From NCBI GenBank assembly GCA_951406725.2, contig OX597820.1:45694001-45758000 (forward strand): DNA of 64,000 nt, given 5' to 3'. A model generated the notes under the pieces. It worked only from the letters and a program-made list of their open reading frames with translations, was not told the origin of the DNA and did no database searches. The translations under genes were made by a program, and so were the position numbers. Source of the stretch: Octopus vulgaris. Lineage: Eukaryota. This document shows positions 52,204 through 64,000 of the stretch, one piece after another (the stretch's first letter is position 1; each line of letters opens with the position of its first letter).

Positions 52204-53871
52204 AATGACCTTCACTGCCACTGACATCGTAGCAGCAATAAATGAGGTCAAATACTACTCTGCTGTAAGCCCTGATAGATTCCCCGCTAGTCTCCTGAAG
52301 GAATGTAGACACCAACCTCTTGAGAAATTCGTTAGATGCAGGTTATATACCGAAACAGTTTCTATCCCAGTCGGTCATCCCGGTTTTCAAACAGGGAAAC
52401 AGACCCTCGCAGTCAACTATCGCCCAATCTCACTCACCTCCCACATCATTAAAGTGTTTGAAAGAGTGTTAAGATCAAGGATAGCTGACTTCCTGGAGAC
52501 CCACAAACTCCTAAATGCAAATCAGCATGGCTTTCGCTGTGGCAGGGACTGTCTAACACAGCTCTTACACCACATTGAAGATGTACTCAAAGCCTTGGGA
52601 ACAGGTTCGAACTCTGACGTCATATATCTTGACTTCAGTAAAGCGTTCGACAGGGTAGACCATAATATCCTACTCTCAAAATTGGCAAATGTTGGAATCT
52701 GTTGAAAAGTTCTACACTGGATTAAGTATTTCCTGGCGAATAGAACACAACATGTTGTAGTTGATGGAGTCCACTCAAGCCCAGCAAAAATCACCAGCGG
52801 TGTTCCCCAGGGGACTGTCTTGGGTCCGCTACTCTTCATAATTTACATAAACGACCTTTCCAGTGTCGTACATTACTGCAAAGTGAAAATATTTGCTGAT
52901 GACACTAAGCTCCAGCAAATCGTCAATGAAGAAGCAGACCGAACTCAACTCCAGTCTGATCTATATGCTGTGAGTCAATGGGCAGACAGAAACAAAATGC
53001 AACTGAATGAGGGAAAATTTGAGCTGATGCATTTTGGAAGAAATTCCTCACTAAAACAGCCATACTCTCTTCCTTCAGGGGAACCGCTCACCGCCTCTAG
53101 CAATATCAGAGACCTGGGTGTAATTGTTGATGACGATCTCAGTTGGAGTGCACACATCAACAAGAAGGCCGATATAGCTCATAGGATGAGTTCCTGGATC
53201 TTAAGAACTTTCTGGTCCAGAGAACAAGGTGTCATCATACCACTTTTCTCCTCCTTTGTACGGCCACACCTTGAATATTGCTGCCCACTGTGGTCTCCCC
53301 ATACAAGACAAAACATCTCCAGGATTGAGTCACCCCAGAGGGCACTCACTAAACGAATTGAAGGCATGGCTGCTCTCGATTATTGGGATCGCCTTAAAGC
53401 CTTGAAACTTTACTCTCTCCAGCGTCGCCGTGAGCAGTACATCATTTGTACGATGTGGAGAATATACCACCAACTTTGCCCAAACGACCTTAACATTAGC
53501 TTCAAGGTTCATCCAAGACTGGGACCATGGGCCATATGTCCCCTGCCCAATTCAAGATCACAGCATACATGTACACTGCAACATAATTTCTTTTCCATCA
53601 ACGGGCCCTGCCCTATTTAACATTGTCCCGAGGGAGATCAAATAGGAAAAGGATCCCATCAACTTTAAACGGAGTCTGGATAGATTCCTTCAAAGAATAC
53701 CAGATAAGCCACCCATAATTGGATACAACTCACCCAACAAGAACTCACTACTTGAATGGACCATAAACAAAACTTGACTTAAACAGGATTCGAATAATCC
53801 TATCAGGTGGTGCTATTAAGTTAGACATGGCCTGGACCAATCTTTGGTCGAAACATATCTAAGTTTAAGTT
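52204..53871 (+). mobile_element. 5'-truncated CR1/L2-group LINE; RT pseudogene ~52205-53777
   Basis: YRPISLTS, QHGFR, YLDFSKAFDRVDH, SGVPQGTVLGPLLF, FADD, RPHLEYC; in-frame TGA at 52703; frameshifts; flanked by (GTAT)n. Confidence 0.92.
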
Positions 53872-53905
53872 TATGTATGTATGTATGTATGTATGTATGT
53901 ATGTA

Positions 53906-55172
53906 CGAGGGGCGTTCAATAAGTAATGCCCCTGATCCACTTCCCATAGCAGTAGAGCAACAAAACTTGCCACAGTTATTAGCCTTTTTCTACATAGGAA
54001 CCACCCAGAGTTTCGCATTTCTCCCATCGTTTGATGCAGCTCTGGAGACCGTTTTTGTAGAAGACCCCAGCTTGGTCCTCCAGCCACGACGTGACTTCAG
54101 AAATCAAGGCTGCATCATCTGGGAAACGCTTTCCTTTCAAAAACAACTTCATGGCTGGGAAGAGGTGAAAATCAGAGGGTGCAAGGTCAGGAGAGTAGGG
54201 GGGATGGGGGAGGAGTTCATAGCAACACACCTGTGCTTCTAATCTGGAGACACGCGAGTTGTGGACCGGAGCGTTGTCCTGCAGGAGGAGGATGCCTTTG
54301 CTGATCTTGCCCCGCCTCTTGATTTTGATAGCTTCTCTTAATTTCCTCAAAAGTGAAGCGTAATAGGCTTCTTTGCCAGGAAATCTGTCATCACTACTCC
54401 GTCCTGGTTCCAGAAGACTGTGGGCATGACCTTGCCAGCGGAGGGATGCACCATTGCCTTCTTTGGAGGAGGTGAGTCACGTTGCTTCCACTGCATTGAC
54501 TGGGCTTTGATTTCTGGATCATAGTGATGGACCCAGGTTTCATCCTGTGTAATCAGTCTTTTGAAAAATTTTGACTCATCTTCTTGGCACATCTCCAAAT
54601 TCATCCTCGAGCACTCGACGCGTTCTTGCTTCTGGAAAGATGTGAGCAACCTGGGAATCCATCTGGCAGACACTTTTTGCATATGCAAATGGTCATGAAT
54701 GATAGTTTCCACAGACCCGGTACTAATCTTGACCTCATGGGCTATTTGGTGAATAGTTATGAGTTGATCTTCGAAAATGGCAGCCTCAACTTGACAGACA
54801 GATGCCTCATCAATGGCAGAAGCGGGGCGACCAGATCTGGGAGCTGCTTCCACAGAGTTCCAACCATGTTTGAATTCACGATGCCAGCCTTTTACAAGTT
54901 CATATGATGGGGCATCATCACCATAAGTTACTTTCATTTCATCAAAAGTCTCCCGTGGTGTGCGTCCTTTCAAATACAAAAACCGGATCACTGCTCAACA
55001 CTCAACAGGCTCCATTTCACACTTGACTCAGTTCAAACACATGTAAATTTGAAACCACAATTATTTCAGAGCTGTAATTTGTCACTTAATTTATAGAGAT
55101 ATAAATAATTGCACATGAAAAATTTCAGCTAGATCAAGTGGGTCAGGGGCATTACTTATTGAACGTCCCTCG
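53906..55172 (-). mobile_element. Full-length mariner (DD34D, irritans-like) with inactivated transposase (55015-53979)
   Basis: 37-bp TIRs (2 mismatches), TA TSD; WIPRLL, QDETW, QDNA-34 aa-YSPDLAPSD; TGA at codon 7 and a net 16-bp deletion at ~54369 relative to the copy at 63349. Confidence 0.95.
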
Positions 55173-55216
55173 TATGTGTGTATGTATGTATGTATGTGTA
55201 TATGTATGTATGTATA

Positions 55217-55560
55217 GGCACAGACATGGCTGTGTGGTAAGAAGCTGGCTTCTTAGTCCCACTGTGTGGCACACTGGGCAAGTGTCTTCTATTATTGTCT
55301 TGGGCCGACCAAAGCTTCGTGAGTGGATTTGGTAGATGGAAGCTGAAAGAAGCCTGTCATGTCTTTGTGTGTGAGTGTGTGTGTGTGTGTGTGTATCTGT
55401 GTTTATCCCCCATCACTGCTTGACAACCAGTATTGATGTGTTTATATCCCCATAACTTAGCAGTTTTGGTAAAAGTGATCAAATGAATAACTGTCAGGTT
55501 TAAAAAAAATAAGTACTAGGGTTAATTTATTTGACTAAAATTCTTTAAGACAGTGCCCAG
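55217..55560 (+). mobile_element. SINE family B, CpG-decayed
   Basis: Consensus match with CG>TG/CA changes. Confidence 0.75.
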
Positions 55561-55777
55561 TGTTATATTCAGTTTTGCATAATTTAGATGACAGTTTATT
55601 CACAGCACTCTGTATACACACACACTCACTCACACACACACACACACATACTGCTGTCTAATGAATGTAACAAGTCAAAGATTAAAGTTTGAAATTTGTT
55701 TTATGTCAAGTTATATGTAAGCAATATAACATTACACTGAAGGATTACTCTCTATACTTTTTAGTAGAATACATATA

Positions 55778-56288
55778 TTAGCCTGTCCTGAAAATAATGG
55801 CTGCTCTAAGTGTAGTGTTTTGAAACACAATTTTATCATAGTATTTTAATTATATTTTAGGTGAATTTTGACATACTTAATAATTGATGTATGCTCTTTA
55901 ATAATTTTCTACTTATTTCAGACAGAAAACATTCCTGAAGAATAGGCGCCCTTAATTATGAACATGACAAAAAAGGACCTTTGCTTACTTTTCTTGTATG
56001 AGTTCAAGCTTGGGCACAATGTCTCCCAGACTGCTGCCAATATCAACAGAGCATGGGGATAGGGGTCCACAAGTGATCGCACAGTATGAAGGAGGTTTCA
56101 GAAAATCTGTAGGGGTGATGAGAGCCTTGAAGAGGAAGAAGGTAGAGGATGGTCATGCAGTCTTGACAATGAACAGTTGAAAGCAATTGTTGAACAAAAC
56201 CCACATCAAAGTGTCAGAGAAATGTCTCAGGCACTTAGTGTCAGTATTGCAATGGTCTCATGCAATCTGCAGAAGATTGGTAAGGTGA
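55778..56288 (+). mobile_element. Mariner 5' fragment (Hsmar1/cecropia-like HTH region)
   Basis: ATG at 55958: MNMTKKDLCLLFLYEFKLGHNVSQTAANINRAWG...ESLEEEEGRG...DNEQLKAIVEQNP, with stops. Confidence 0.8.
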
Positions 56289-56331
56289 ATGAGGGACAAA
56301 CATTGAATTGTAGAGGTGTGATGTGAATAGA

Positions 56332-56958
56332 ACATAAGGTGTACTAGCCATCTGAATGTGGCTAGCCACTGGGGGTGGGGTGTTACTGATGCTTTTAGCC
56401 CCAGGTGATCAACGTCACCAGATGGACTTTAGACACAATCTCAGTGCCCTTGTGTTATTTGCAAAGGGAGGTCATCCTCCCTCGAAAACCTAAGTACTAC
56501 ATACGGACTATAGTTTCAAAGTAATTGCCTCTCGTCAACGCATGGTAAGCACCGGTTTTCGATGAAGGAGACCCCTTGCAAATAATATTTAACGTTTTCA
56601 CAGCAACCACTGTCACTGATTTAGAAAAACTGTCTGAAAGCAATAATAAATCTCTGAACGAGATATAAACAGTAACCGCTCGACAACGTAAGGTGTACTA
56701 GCCATCTGAATGTGGCTAGCCACTGGGGGTGGGGTGTTACTGATGCTTTTAGCCCCAGGTGATCAACGTCACCAGATGGACTTTAGACACAATCTCAGTG
56801 CCCTTGTGTTATTTGCAAAGTCCATCTGGTGACGTTGATCACCTGGGGCTAAAAGCATCATTAACACCCCACCCCCAGTGGCTAGCCACATTCAGATGGC
56901 TAGTACACCTTACGTTGTCGAGCGGTTACTGTTTATATCTCATTCAGAGATTTATTAT
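56332..56958 (-). mobile_element. ORF-less retrozyme/Penelope-like element: 354-bp partial tandem, terminal inversion, 13-bp TSD
   Basis: Direct repeats 56331-56466 and 56685-56820 (1 mismatch); inverted arms 56641-56784 and 56817-56960 (2 mismatches); TSD TGATGTGAATAGA at 56319-56331 and 56959-56971. Confidence 0.85.
56500..56544 (-). ncRNA. Minimal type I hammerhead (C3U variant)
   Basis: Minus: CAUGCG-UUGACGA-GAG-gcaauua-CUU-U-GAA-ACUAUAGU-C-CGUAUG; 6-bp stem I (one GU), perfect palindromic stem III, GUC triplet. Confidence 0.75.
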
Positions 56959-57969
56959 TGATGTGAATAGAGTTATTGATAATTGTTTTGAGAAGAAATG
57001 GGATGAGGTAGATGGGTCATGTCCTGAAGAAAGAGGAAAGTGGTTGGGTACGAGGAGTAATGGAAATGAATAAGGAAATAAGCAGAAGAAGGGGAGACAA
57101 AGTCATAGTTAAAGAGCAAATGAGAAGGGGTCGTTTTGTGAGACAGTAGTGTAAAAGAGTGGGCAAATTAAGGAAGATTGTGAAGGGGGCCACAAAGTCA
57201 ACCTCTGCTTTAGCAGGGAAAACAACCTTCAAATGCTTTTTGTTTTTGTAGTTGCTCTGTACTGATGCACATATACACATACGTGTGAAGCACATATATT
57301 TGAAAGAAAAAAAAGAAACCTAAAACCTAAACATATATGCTTAAATAAATAACCATTCTTAAAAAATAGATACACATTACAAAACCATATTTCATATGCC
57401 TACACACACATACCTATGCACACATGCACACACACATATCTAGATGCACACATTTACATATAGTTATACACACAAACACACAATTACATACAGGTTCACA
57501 AAAATTTATAACTTCATACAAATACATACAACTACATACACATACACATCCTACACACACATTAAAGCAACAACAACAATAGCAACTAAGACGATGACAA
57601 CAGCAATATGCTGTTGTTGTTGCTGGAGAATATTGGAAAATAAAATTAAATTATAGATAGTAAAACACTAAAGAATTATTTGACATTTTTGAAAGTAGGA
57701 GCTGTATTGCTGCCTGGAGAGATGTCTAGTTTTAACACATACAACAATGTGCTTATGCAAATAAATATTGAAGAATTATAGATGAGGTATTCTCTCATTT
57801 CTGAACTAAACACTCTCCAACAATATTTTTTTAACAAAACAATTACAGCAGTAGTAGCAATGGTAGCAACAACAGCAATAACAACAACAACAATTCCAAC
57901 ATTACCACTATGTATACAGACATGCAAAGATACATATGTGACCATGTCAAATGTATACGCATATAAATA

Positions 57970-58860
57970 CAGAGTGCTGTGAATAAACTGTCATGTAAAT
58001 TATGCAAAAATGAAAATAACATTGACATCGCATTTTAACAGATATATTTACCAAAATTACATAAACATATCTTGAAACACTAAGAGTAAATTTATTCAAT
58101 AAAATTGCTATTGGCTTCAACCACAGCCTCCAGACGACTTCAGAATCTCCTGCAACTCTTCTGGATGGTCTCCTTGTTTAAGTTGGTGAATGCTGCCATA
58201 ATCCTTGCCTTCAGTTCATCTTTGGTGCAACAAGGAGTTTTGTTGGTCTCTTGCTCAACTGCACCCCACATATAATAATTAAGGGGGTTACAGTCTGGGG
58301 AGTTAGGTGGCCAAATGTTAGGGGTGATGTGGTTACAGAAATTGTCTGACAACCATGACTGGGTTCTCCTGCTTGTGTAGCATGGTGCAGAGTCCTGTTG
58401 CTAGACATAGGGTCTTCCAGCAGCTGCTCTCTTTTTACTCAGGACAGCACTGCCTCCTTCAGACACTTGATATAGTCCTCTGTGTTGAGTCTGAGGCTGT
58501 ATGGGAAGGTGAATAGAGGCACAACGTCACCATCACTAGTGATCACTCCAAACACCATGATGCTGACTGGATGTTTAATTTTTATCACACTTGGTACATG
58601 TTTTGGGGATACTGCAAGCCAACAGTTGTTCTGTGTGCTCACCATCTGTTCATATTGGGGCTTCCGGCATGAATGCCAAGCAGTACAGCATGTTATTTCC
58701 AAATTTCTGGCAGAGTGAATTGTGTCATTGTGCTAGTTTTCTCACATGTGGTGCCCAACTGACCCTACTATACTGTGTAGTTGACAAAATCAAAAACAAA
58801 CAATGCCCATATGTGAAATTAAAAATAAAAAAGTGGCAACAATTTACCCATCGCACCCTG
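57970..58860 (-). mobile_element. DD37D (maT-type) deletion derivative, copy 2
   Basis: TA|CAGAGTGC...GCACCCTG|TA; KHPVSIMVFGVITSDG, QQDSAPC-37 aa-WPPNSPDCNPL(N)YYMWG. Confidence 0.85.
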
Positions 58861-58869
58861 TATATATAT

Positions 58870-59275
58870 CATAAAGGAAAAATTCAATCATCACTAAATG
58901 TGACTACGTGTGCTGAGACACCTACACTGCTAAAAATAGGAGTAAAGTACTCTTTGTGCTGTAGGAAGAGTGCAAATGCATACACATACACTGACAGGGG
59001 AAGAAACCATCTCATGACTGAATTGAGAATCTCTCACACTAGATGTCTAGTTTCACATATTTCTATATACTTTGTCAGTGAGAGCTACTTGATCAGCCAG
59101 TGTCATCAAATCCTGCCATTCAGCATATATGTATTTACCATAGAAATCTATGGATGATTAGCAGAATGCTAATGCATAATCAAAAATTAATATAAACAGC
59201 TAAGTGCAACATAATACCATAATGGAAAAACTCAATCATCACTAAATGTGACTAAGTGTGCTGAGACACCTACAC
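58870..59275 (-). mobile_element. Second retrozyme-like partial tandem (348-bp period) with a decayed hammerhead at 59031-59084
   Basis: 58-bp direct repeats 58870-58927 and 59218-59275 (3 mismatches); minus CUCUCA-CUGACAA-A-GUAUAU-agaa-AUAUGU-GAA-ACUAGA-ca-UCUAGU-G-UGAGAG. Confidence 0.6.
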
Positions 59276-59286
59276 ACACGCACGCA

Positions 59287-59368
<82 letters not shown>

Positions 59369-59621
59369 TATATATATAGTTCATAGTTGAAAATCAGATG
59401 TTCTCCATATAAGATACACTTAGTAGTACTCAAAATATTTAAACTTGAGTGGGTATAGAAGTAATTGTAGAGATAAGCAAGTTAGACAGGTCAATATATA
59501 AAGTATATTAAATACATAAAATACAAAAAAAATGTATATATGTTTATATACAAAAAGGTCCAACTTATACAGAATCAAAATAATATTGAGAATTAAAGGG
59601 GTTGACAAAAAGTATTATAAA

Positions 59622-59712
59622 TCCAACGGCTGTTTCTGGGGGCCCGGTGGTCCATTATATTGTTTTTAGATTTATTCCATCAGCTAATGAGACAAGCCTC
59701 CATCTTCAGGGA
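59622..59712 (-). ncRNA. Hammerhead-like motif with long stem II
   Basis: Minus: UCC-CUGAAGA-UGGAGGC...GCCCCCA-GAAACAGCCGUU-GGA; 3-bp stem I, GUU triplet. Confidence 0.5.
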
Positions 59713-60043
59713 AGAGATCTTACATTTGAGGTGTTGAAACAAAGAGGTTCAAAGAATTTCTACTATCTGTAAATGCCATAAAGCCATCCATAGATTGCAG
59801 AAGGTGGATTGTAGAAGAATAGTTAATTGAATTGACCCCGGTATACGTGTTTTTTTCTTTTTATTGTTTTGAGATTGATGAATTATATTTCTAACATAAG
59901 CATTTAAGGTTAGTAACTTTGTAGGGAGGAGGATATTGATCCCTGTATAAAATAATCAACAGGAAGTAGTAGAGTCAGAAAAATGACTGTGCTATATTCA
60001 TAAAATTTGTCTTGTGTCTTTGCTAGACATCATTAATATAATA

Positions 60044-60818
60044 GGCATAGGTATGGCTATGTGGTAAGAAGCTTGCTTTACAACCATATGGTTCCAGGTT
60101 TAGTCCTAGGCAAGCAACTTCTACTATAGCCTTGGGTCAACCAAAGCCTTGTGGGTGGATTTGATAGTTGGAAACTGAAAGAAGCCCATCAATGCTGGTG
60201 TGTCTATGTTCCATTAACTTAGCAGTTTAGCAAATGAGACCGATAGAAAGTATAAGTATAACCCATTAATGTGGTGCTCCAGTATGGCTGCAGGCAAATG
60301 ACTGAAACAAGTAAAAGAATAAAAGAATATGACAAATAAAATATAATCAAACAGGATCCAAGGTCCTTCCTGGATCATAGGTTCATAAGGCTGATTTCCT
60401 AAATTCTGTGGTGTATAAATCATCACCACTTCCTGGATGGGATGCTAGTCTATTACAAGATTACTCCTTTTTGCCAGCTGAAGCAACATGAAATGAAGAT
60501 TTTCACTCAAGAACATAACACATTGCCCATTCCAGGAATCAACAACCTAACCACTCAGCTACATGCTTCCAAAAGAAAATATAATAATGATTTTTTTTTA
60601 AAATTATGGCGTAGTGGTTAAGAGCACAGGCTACTAACCCCAAGATTCTGAAAGGCATAGGAGTGGGTGTGTAGTAAGTAGTTGGCTTACGAACCACGTG
60701 GTTCCGGGTTCAGTCCCGCTGCGTGGCACCTTGGGCAAGTGTCTTCTGCTATAGCCTCGGGCCGACCAAAACCTTGTGAGTGGATTTGATAGACGGAAAC
60801 TGAAAGATGCCCATCGTA

Positions 60819-60852
<34 letters not shown>

Positions 60853-61037
60853 CGTGTGTGTGTGTGTGTATGTATATGTTTGTGTGTCTGTGTTTGTCCC
60901 CCCCCCCCAACATCACTTGACAACTGATGCTGGTGTATTTACATCCCCATAACTTAGCAGTTCTTTAAAAGAGACCGATAGAATAAGTATTAGGCTTACA
61001 AAGAATAAGCCCTGGGGTCGATTTGCTCGACTAAAGG
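60044..61037 (+). mobile_element. Two SINE B copies (60044-60330, 60653-61037) with intervening tRNA-like SINE fragments
   Basis: Consensus matches; tRNA-like head GGCGTAGTGGTTAAGAGCAC at ~60608. Confidence 0.7.
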
Positions 61038-62685
61038 TATCAAATGTGGATCTAGGTGATTGCATGTGTAGCAGAAAACACTGGCCTAGATAGGTGAGCC
61101 TTAAGCCTGTATGGTTCTAGTGTGATTATGTACATGCATATAGCTGAACCTCTGTTCCAGATATGTCAGCAATGCTCTAAGGCGGGTCAAGGAGATGTGT
61201 ATGCATACCAGAAGCAATGAACTGCTTGTGTAAGCACTATTTCAGTGTGCCTGTGGGATGTTTGTATATATGTGTTAGTGTTTGTGTATCATAAGCAATG
61301 CCACCACTGCTAATATATATTTATTGGAATAAGACAGCAAGCTGGCAGAATTGTTAACACATGGGGCAAAAAAGGCTTAGTGGCATTTCGTCCATCTTTA
61401 TGTTCTGAGTTCAAATTCTGCCAAGGTCGACTTTGCTTTTTATTCTTTCAAGTGTCAAGTTGTGGCAGGGGACAACTGCAAACACACATACCTTCAGTTT
61501 CCCTCTATCAAATTTGCTCACAATGTTTTGGTTGGTCCCAGGCTATAGTAGAAGACGTTTGCCTAAGGTGCCATACAGTGGGACTGAACCCAGAAGTATG
61601 TAGCTGGGAAGCAAGCTTCTTATCACACAGCCACACCTGTGCCTATAGAAAGATTTTGAATTCTGAATTGAATTGATACAAAAGGATTTTGAATTTTCCC
61701 CTGAAAATATGATGGAATACTGCTTAAAGCCTTTTAATACAAAAGAAAAAAGCCTCAAAAGAAAACAACAACAGAGGATTTAAGTTGGATTCCATCCTAT
61801 TCTTTTAAGAAAATTCAAATAAATAAGAAAAGATACCTTCATTTCTTCCAACTAATTTTTCTTTCTGTCTTTATTTAACATATAGTTGTCGTCGACGTCG
61901 GCGTCTTCATCATCATCGTCATCATCATCATTTAGCAACCACTTATTCATGCTTGCAGGATCAGACAGAATTTGTAGAGATAGCTTTTGCCAATCAGTGT
62001 GTGTGTTAACATCCCTGTAACTTAGCAGTTCAGCAAAAGAGAATGATAAAATAAGTACTAGGCTTAATAAAAAATAAGTACTGTCGTCGAGTCAGTCAAC
62101 AAAATGTTCTTTTAAAAGGAGGCGTTCCAGTATGGCCACAGTCTAATGACTGAAACAATTAGAAAAAGAAAAACATCTGTATCTAAATAAAGAAATACTT
62201 ATATTACTTCTCACTTACTTTTTCTCTACTGTTATTAACATTCTTGTCTGTACACTAACAAGAACTCTCATTCCTGAGTGTGTGTGTGTATGGTGGGGGT
62301 ACACTGTTTTTATTTTTTTTTCAGTCTTGGTTTTTGAATAGGTATACCATATCTTTGTGTGTCATAAGAGGTGACAAAAATAGTTGGCATCAAGAGGGGT
62401 TGTCCAGCCACAAGATGTACCCTCAGAAAACCCTTCCAACCTGATCCTGTATTGAAAAGCAAATGTAAAATGATAATAAAAAATGTTAAAAGAGAAAATT
62501 GGCGATGATGCTGATGGTAATCATGATGAATAAATCATGAGAGTGAAAACAGTCAAAACATATTGTTGAATATAATTATTTATTGTACACAGCAGGTATC
62601 TCCAATTTTGCCCTAAGTCAGCCTTGAATCAACAGACTGATCATCAAAAGCAGAACAGGAGGTATCAACAGAGTACAAGTATATA

Positions 62686-62749
<64 letters not shown>

Positions 62750-62811
62750 TGTGTGTGTGTGTGTGTGTGTGTATGTGTGTGTGTGTGGGGGGGTGTATGT
62801 GTGTGTGTGTA

Positions 62812-63100
62812 TACAAAGGGTGCGTAAAGTATTAGAGGACGTATGTTAATTTCACTACAGCAGCATATTTATCAACTTAATATTTTCTATATTTCAGAAT
62901 TATCAATGGCAGACCCTATGATTACACAAGAAATGAAGTCATCATGGCTATAAAGGCTGAACATAGCATTTTAGAAGTAGTACAATTTTTAAAAGTTGCT
63001 AGATCCTTTGTCTACAAACATCGCAAGGAGTCGGAGGCTAAAGACAGAAATGTATCGCCAGTATCAAAATGTAAGAAACCTTGTAGATGCACTGATACTT
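62812..63100 (+). mobile_element. Tc1/mariner-type 5' fragment (HTH region)
   Basis: VIMAIKAEHSILEVVQFLKVARSFVYKHRKE resembles a transposase N-terminal HTH. Confidence 0.45.
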
Positions 63101-63348
63101 GCTGGATTTTTGCCAAAACTTGAAACCAGTTTATTCCAGCTCTTTGTGTTCTGTGTTCAACTGGTACTGAAGTGAACATTACCTGTCATCCTTCAGGGAC
63201 CATGACATAAGCCACTAGTCCAGGGTGGTAGCTGACATACTTTGTTGTATTTGTTCTGGATCTTTGTTTTCTGAGTTCAAATCTTACCAACAGCAAAGGT
63301 TTATCACATCAGAACCATGATTTGATTATGAAATTTTTAATGGATGTA

Positions 63349-64000
63349 TGAGGGGCGTTCAATAAGTAATGCCCCTGACCCACTTCCCATAGCAGTAGAG
63401 CAACGAAACTTGCCACAGTTATTAGCTTTTTTCTACATATGAACCACCCAGAGTTATGCATTTCTCCCATTGTTTGATGCAGCTCTGGAGACCGTTTTTG
63501 TAGAAGACCCCAGCTTGGTCCTCCAACCACGGTGTGACTTCAGAAATCAAGGCTGCATCATCTGGGAAACGCTTTCCTTTCAAAAACAACTTCATTGCTG
63601 GGAAGAGGTGAAAATCAGAGGGTGCAAGGTCAGGAGAGTAGGGGGGATGGGGGAGGAGTTCATAGCTGCACGCCTGTGCTTCTGATCTGGTGACACGCGA
63701 GTTGTGGACCGGAGCGTTGTCCTGCAGGAGGAGGATGCCTTTTCTGATCTTGCCCCACCTCTTGATTTTGATAGCTTCTCTTAATTTCCTCAAAAGTGAA
63801 GCATAATAGGCTCCTGTAATTGTGGTACCCTTTGCCAGGAAATCTGTCATCACTACTCCATCCTGGTCCCAGAAGACTGTGAGCATGACCTTGCCAGCGG
63901 AGGGCTGCACCCTTGCCTTCTTTGGAGGAGGTGAGTCACAGTGCTTTCACTGCATTAACTGGGCTTTGGTCTCTGGATCATAGTGATGAACCCTGGTTTT
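63349..64000 (-). mobile_element. Second copy of the DD34D mariner (3' part; runs off the window)
   Basis: Same TIR after TA; ORF 63422-63910 AGKVMLTVFWD...QDNA...YSPDLAPSDFHLF, highly similar to 53906-55172. Confidence 0.92.

Overview
Repeat-saturated, AT-rich eukaryotic non-coding DNA with a 100-N scaffold gap at 45919-46018. The SINE families and microsatellite style suggest an octopus/cephalopod genome (inference). No intact host protein-coding gene is supported; nearly all ORFs in the track are microsatellite artefacts or transposon remnants. Content: many tRNA-headed SINEs of three families; Tc1/mariner elements of the DD34D, DD37D and DD41D types plus MITEs; a 5'-truncated CR1/L2-group LINE; RTE, R4/Dong and CRE-like LINE fragments; candidate solo LTRs; and a U6 snRNA retrocopy fused to a SINE/LINE 3' tail. 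The most striking signal is about 11 intact or degenerate type-I hammerhead ribozyme (HHR) motifs of several distinct sequence families, read by eye on both strands. They lie in short Penelope-like pLTR fragments and in two ~350-bp partial-tandem, ORF-less, retrozyme-like elements. The clearest (56332-56958) has a 354-bp period, a 144-bp fold-back inversion and a 13-bp target-site duplication (TSD).
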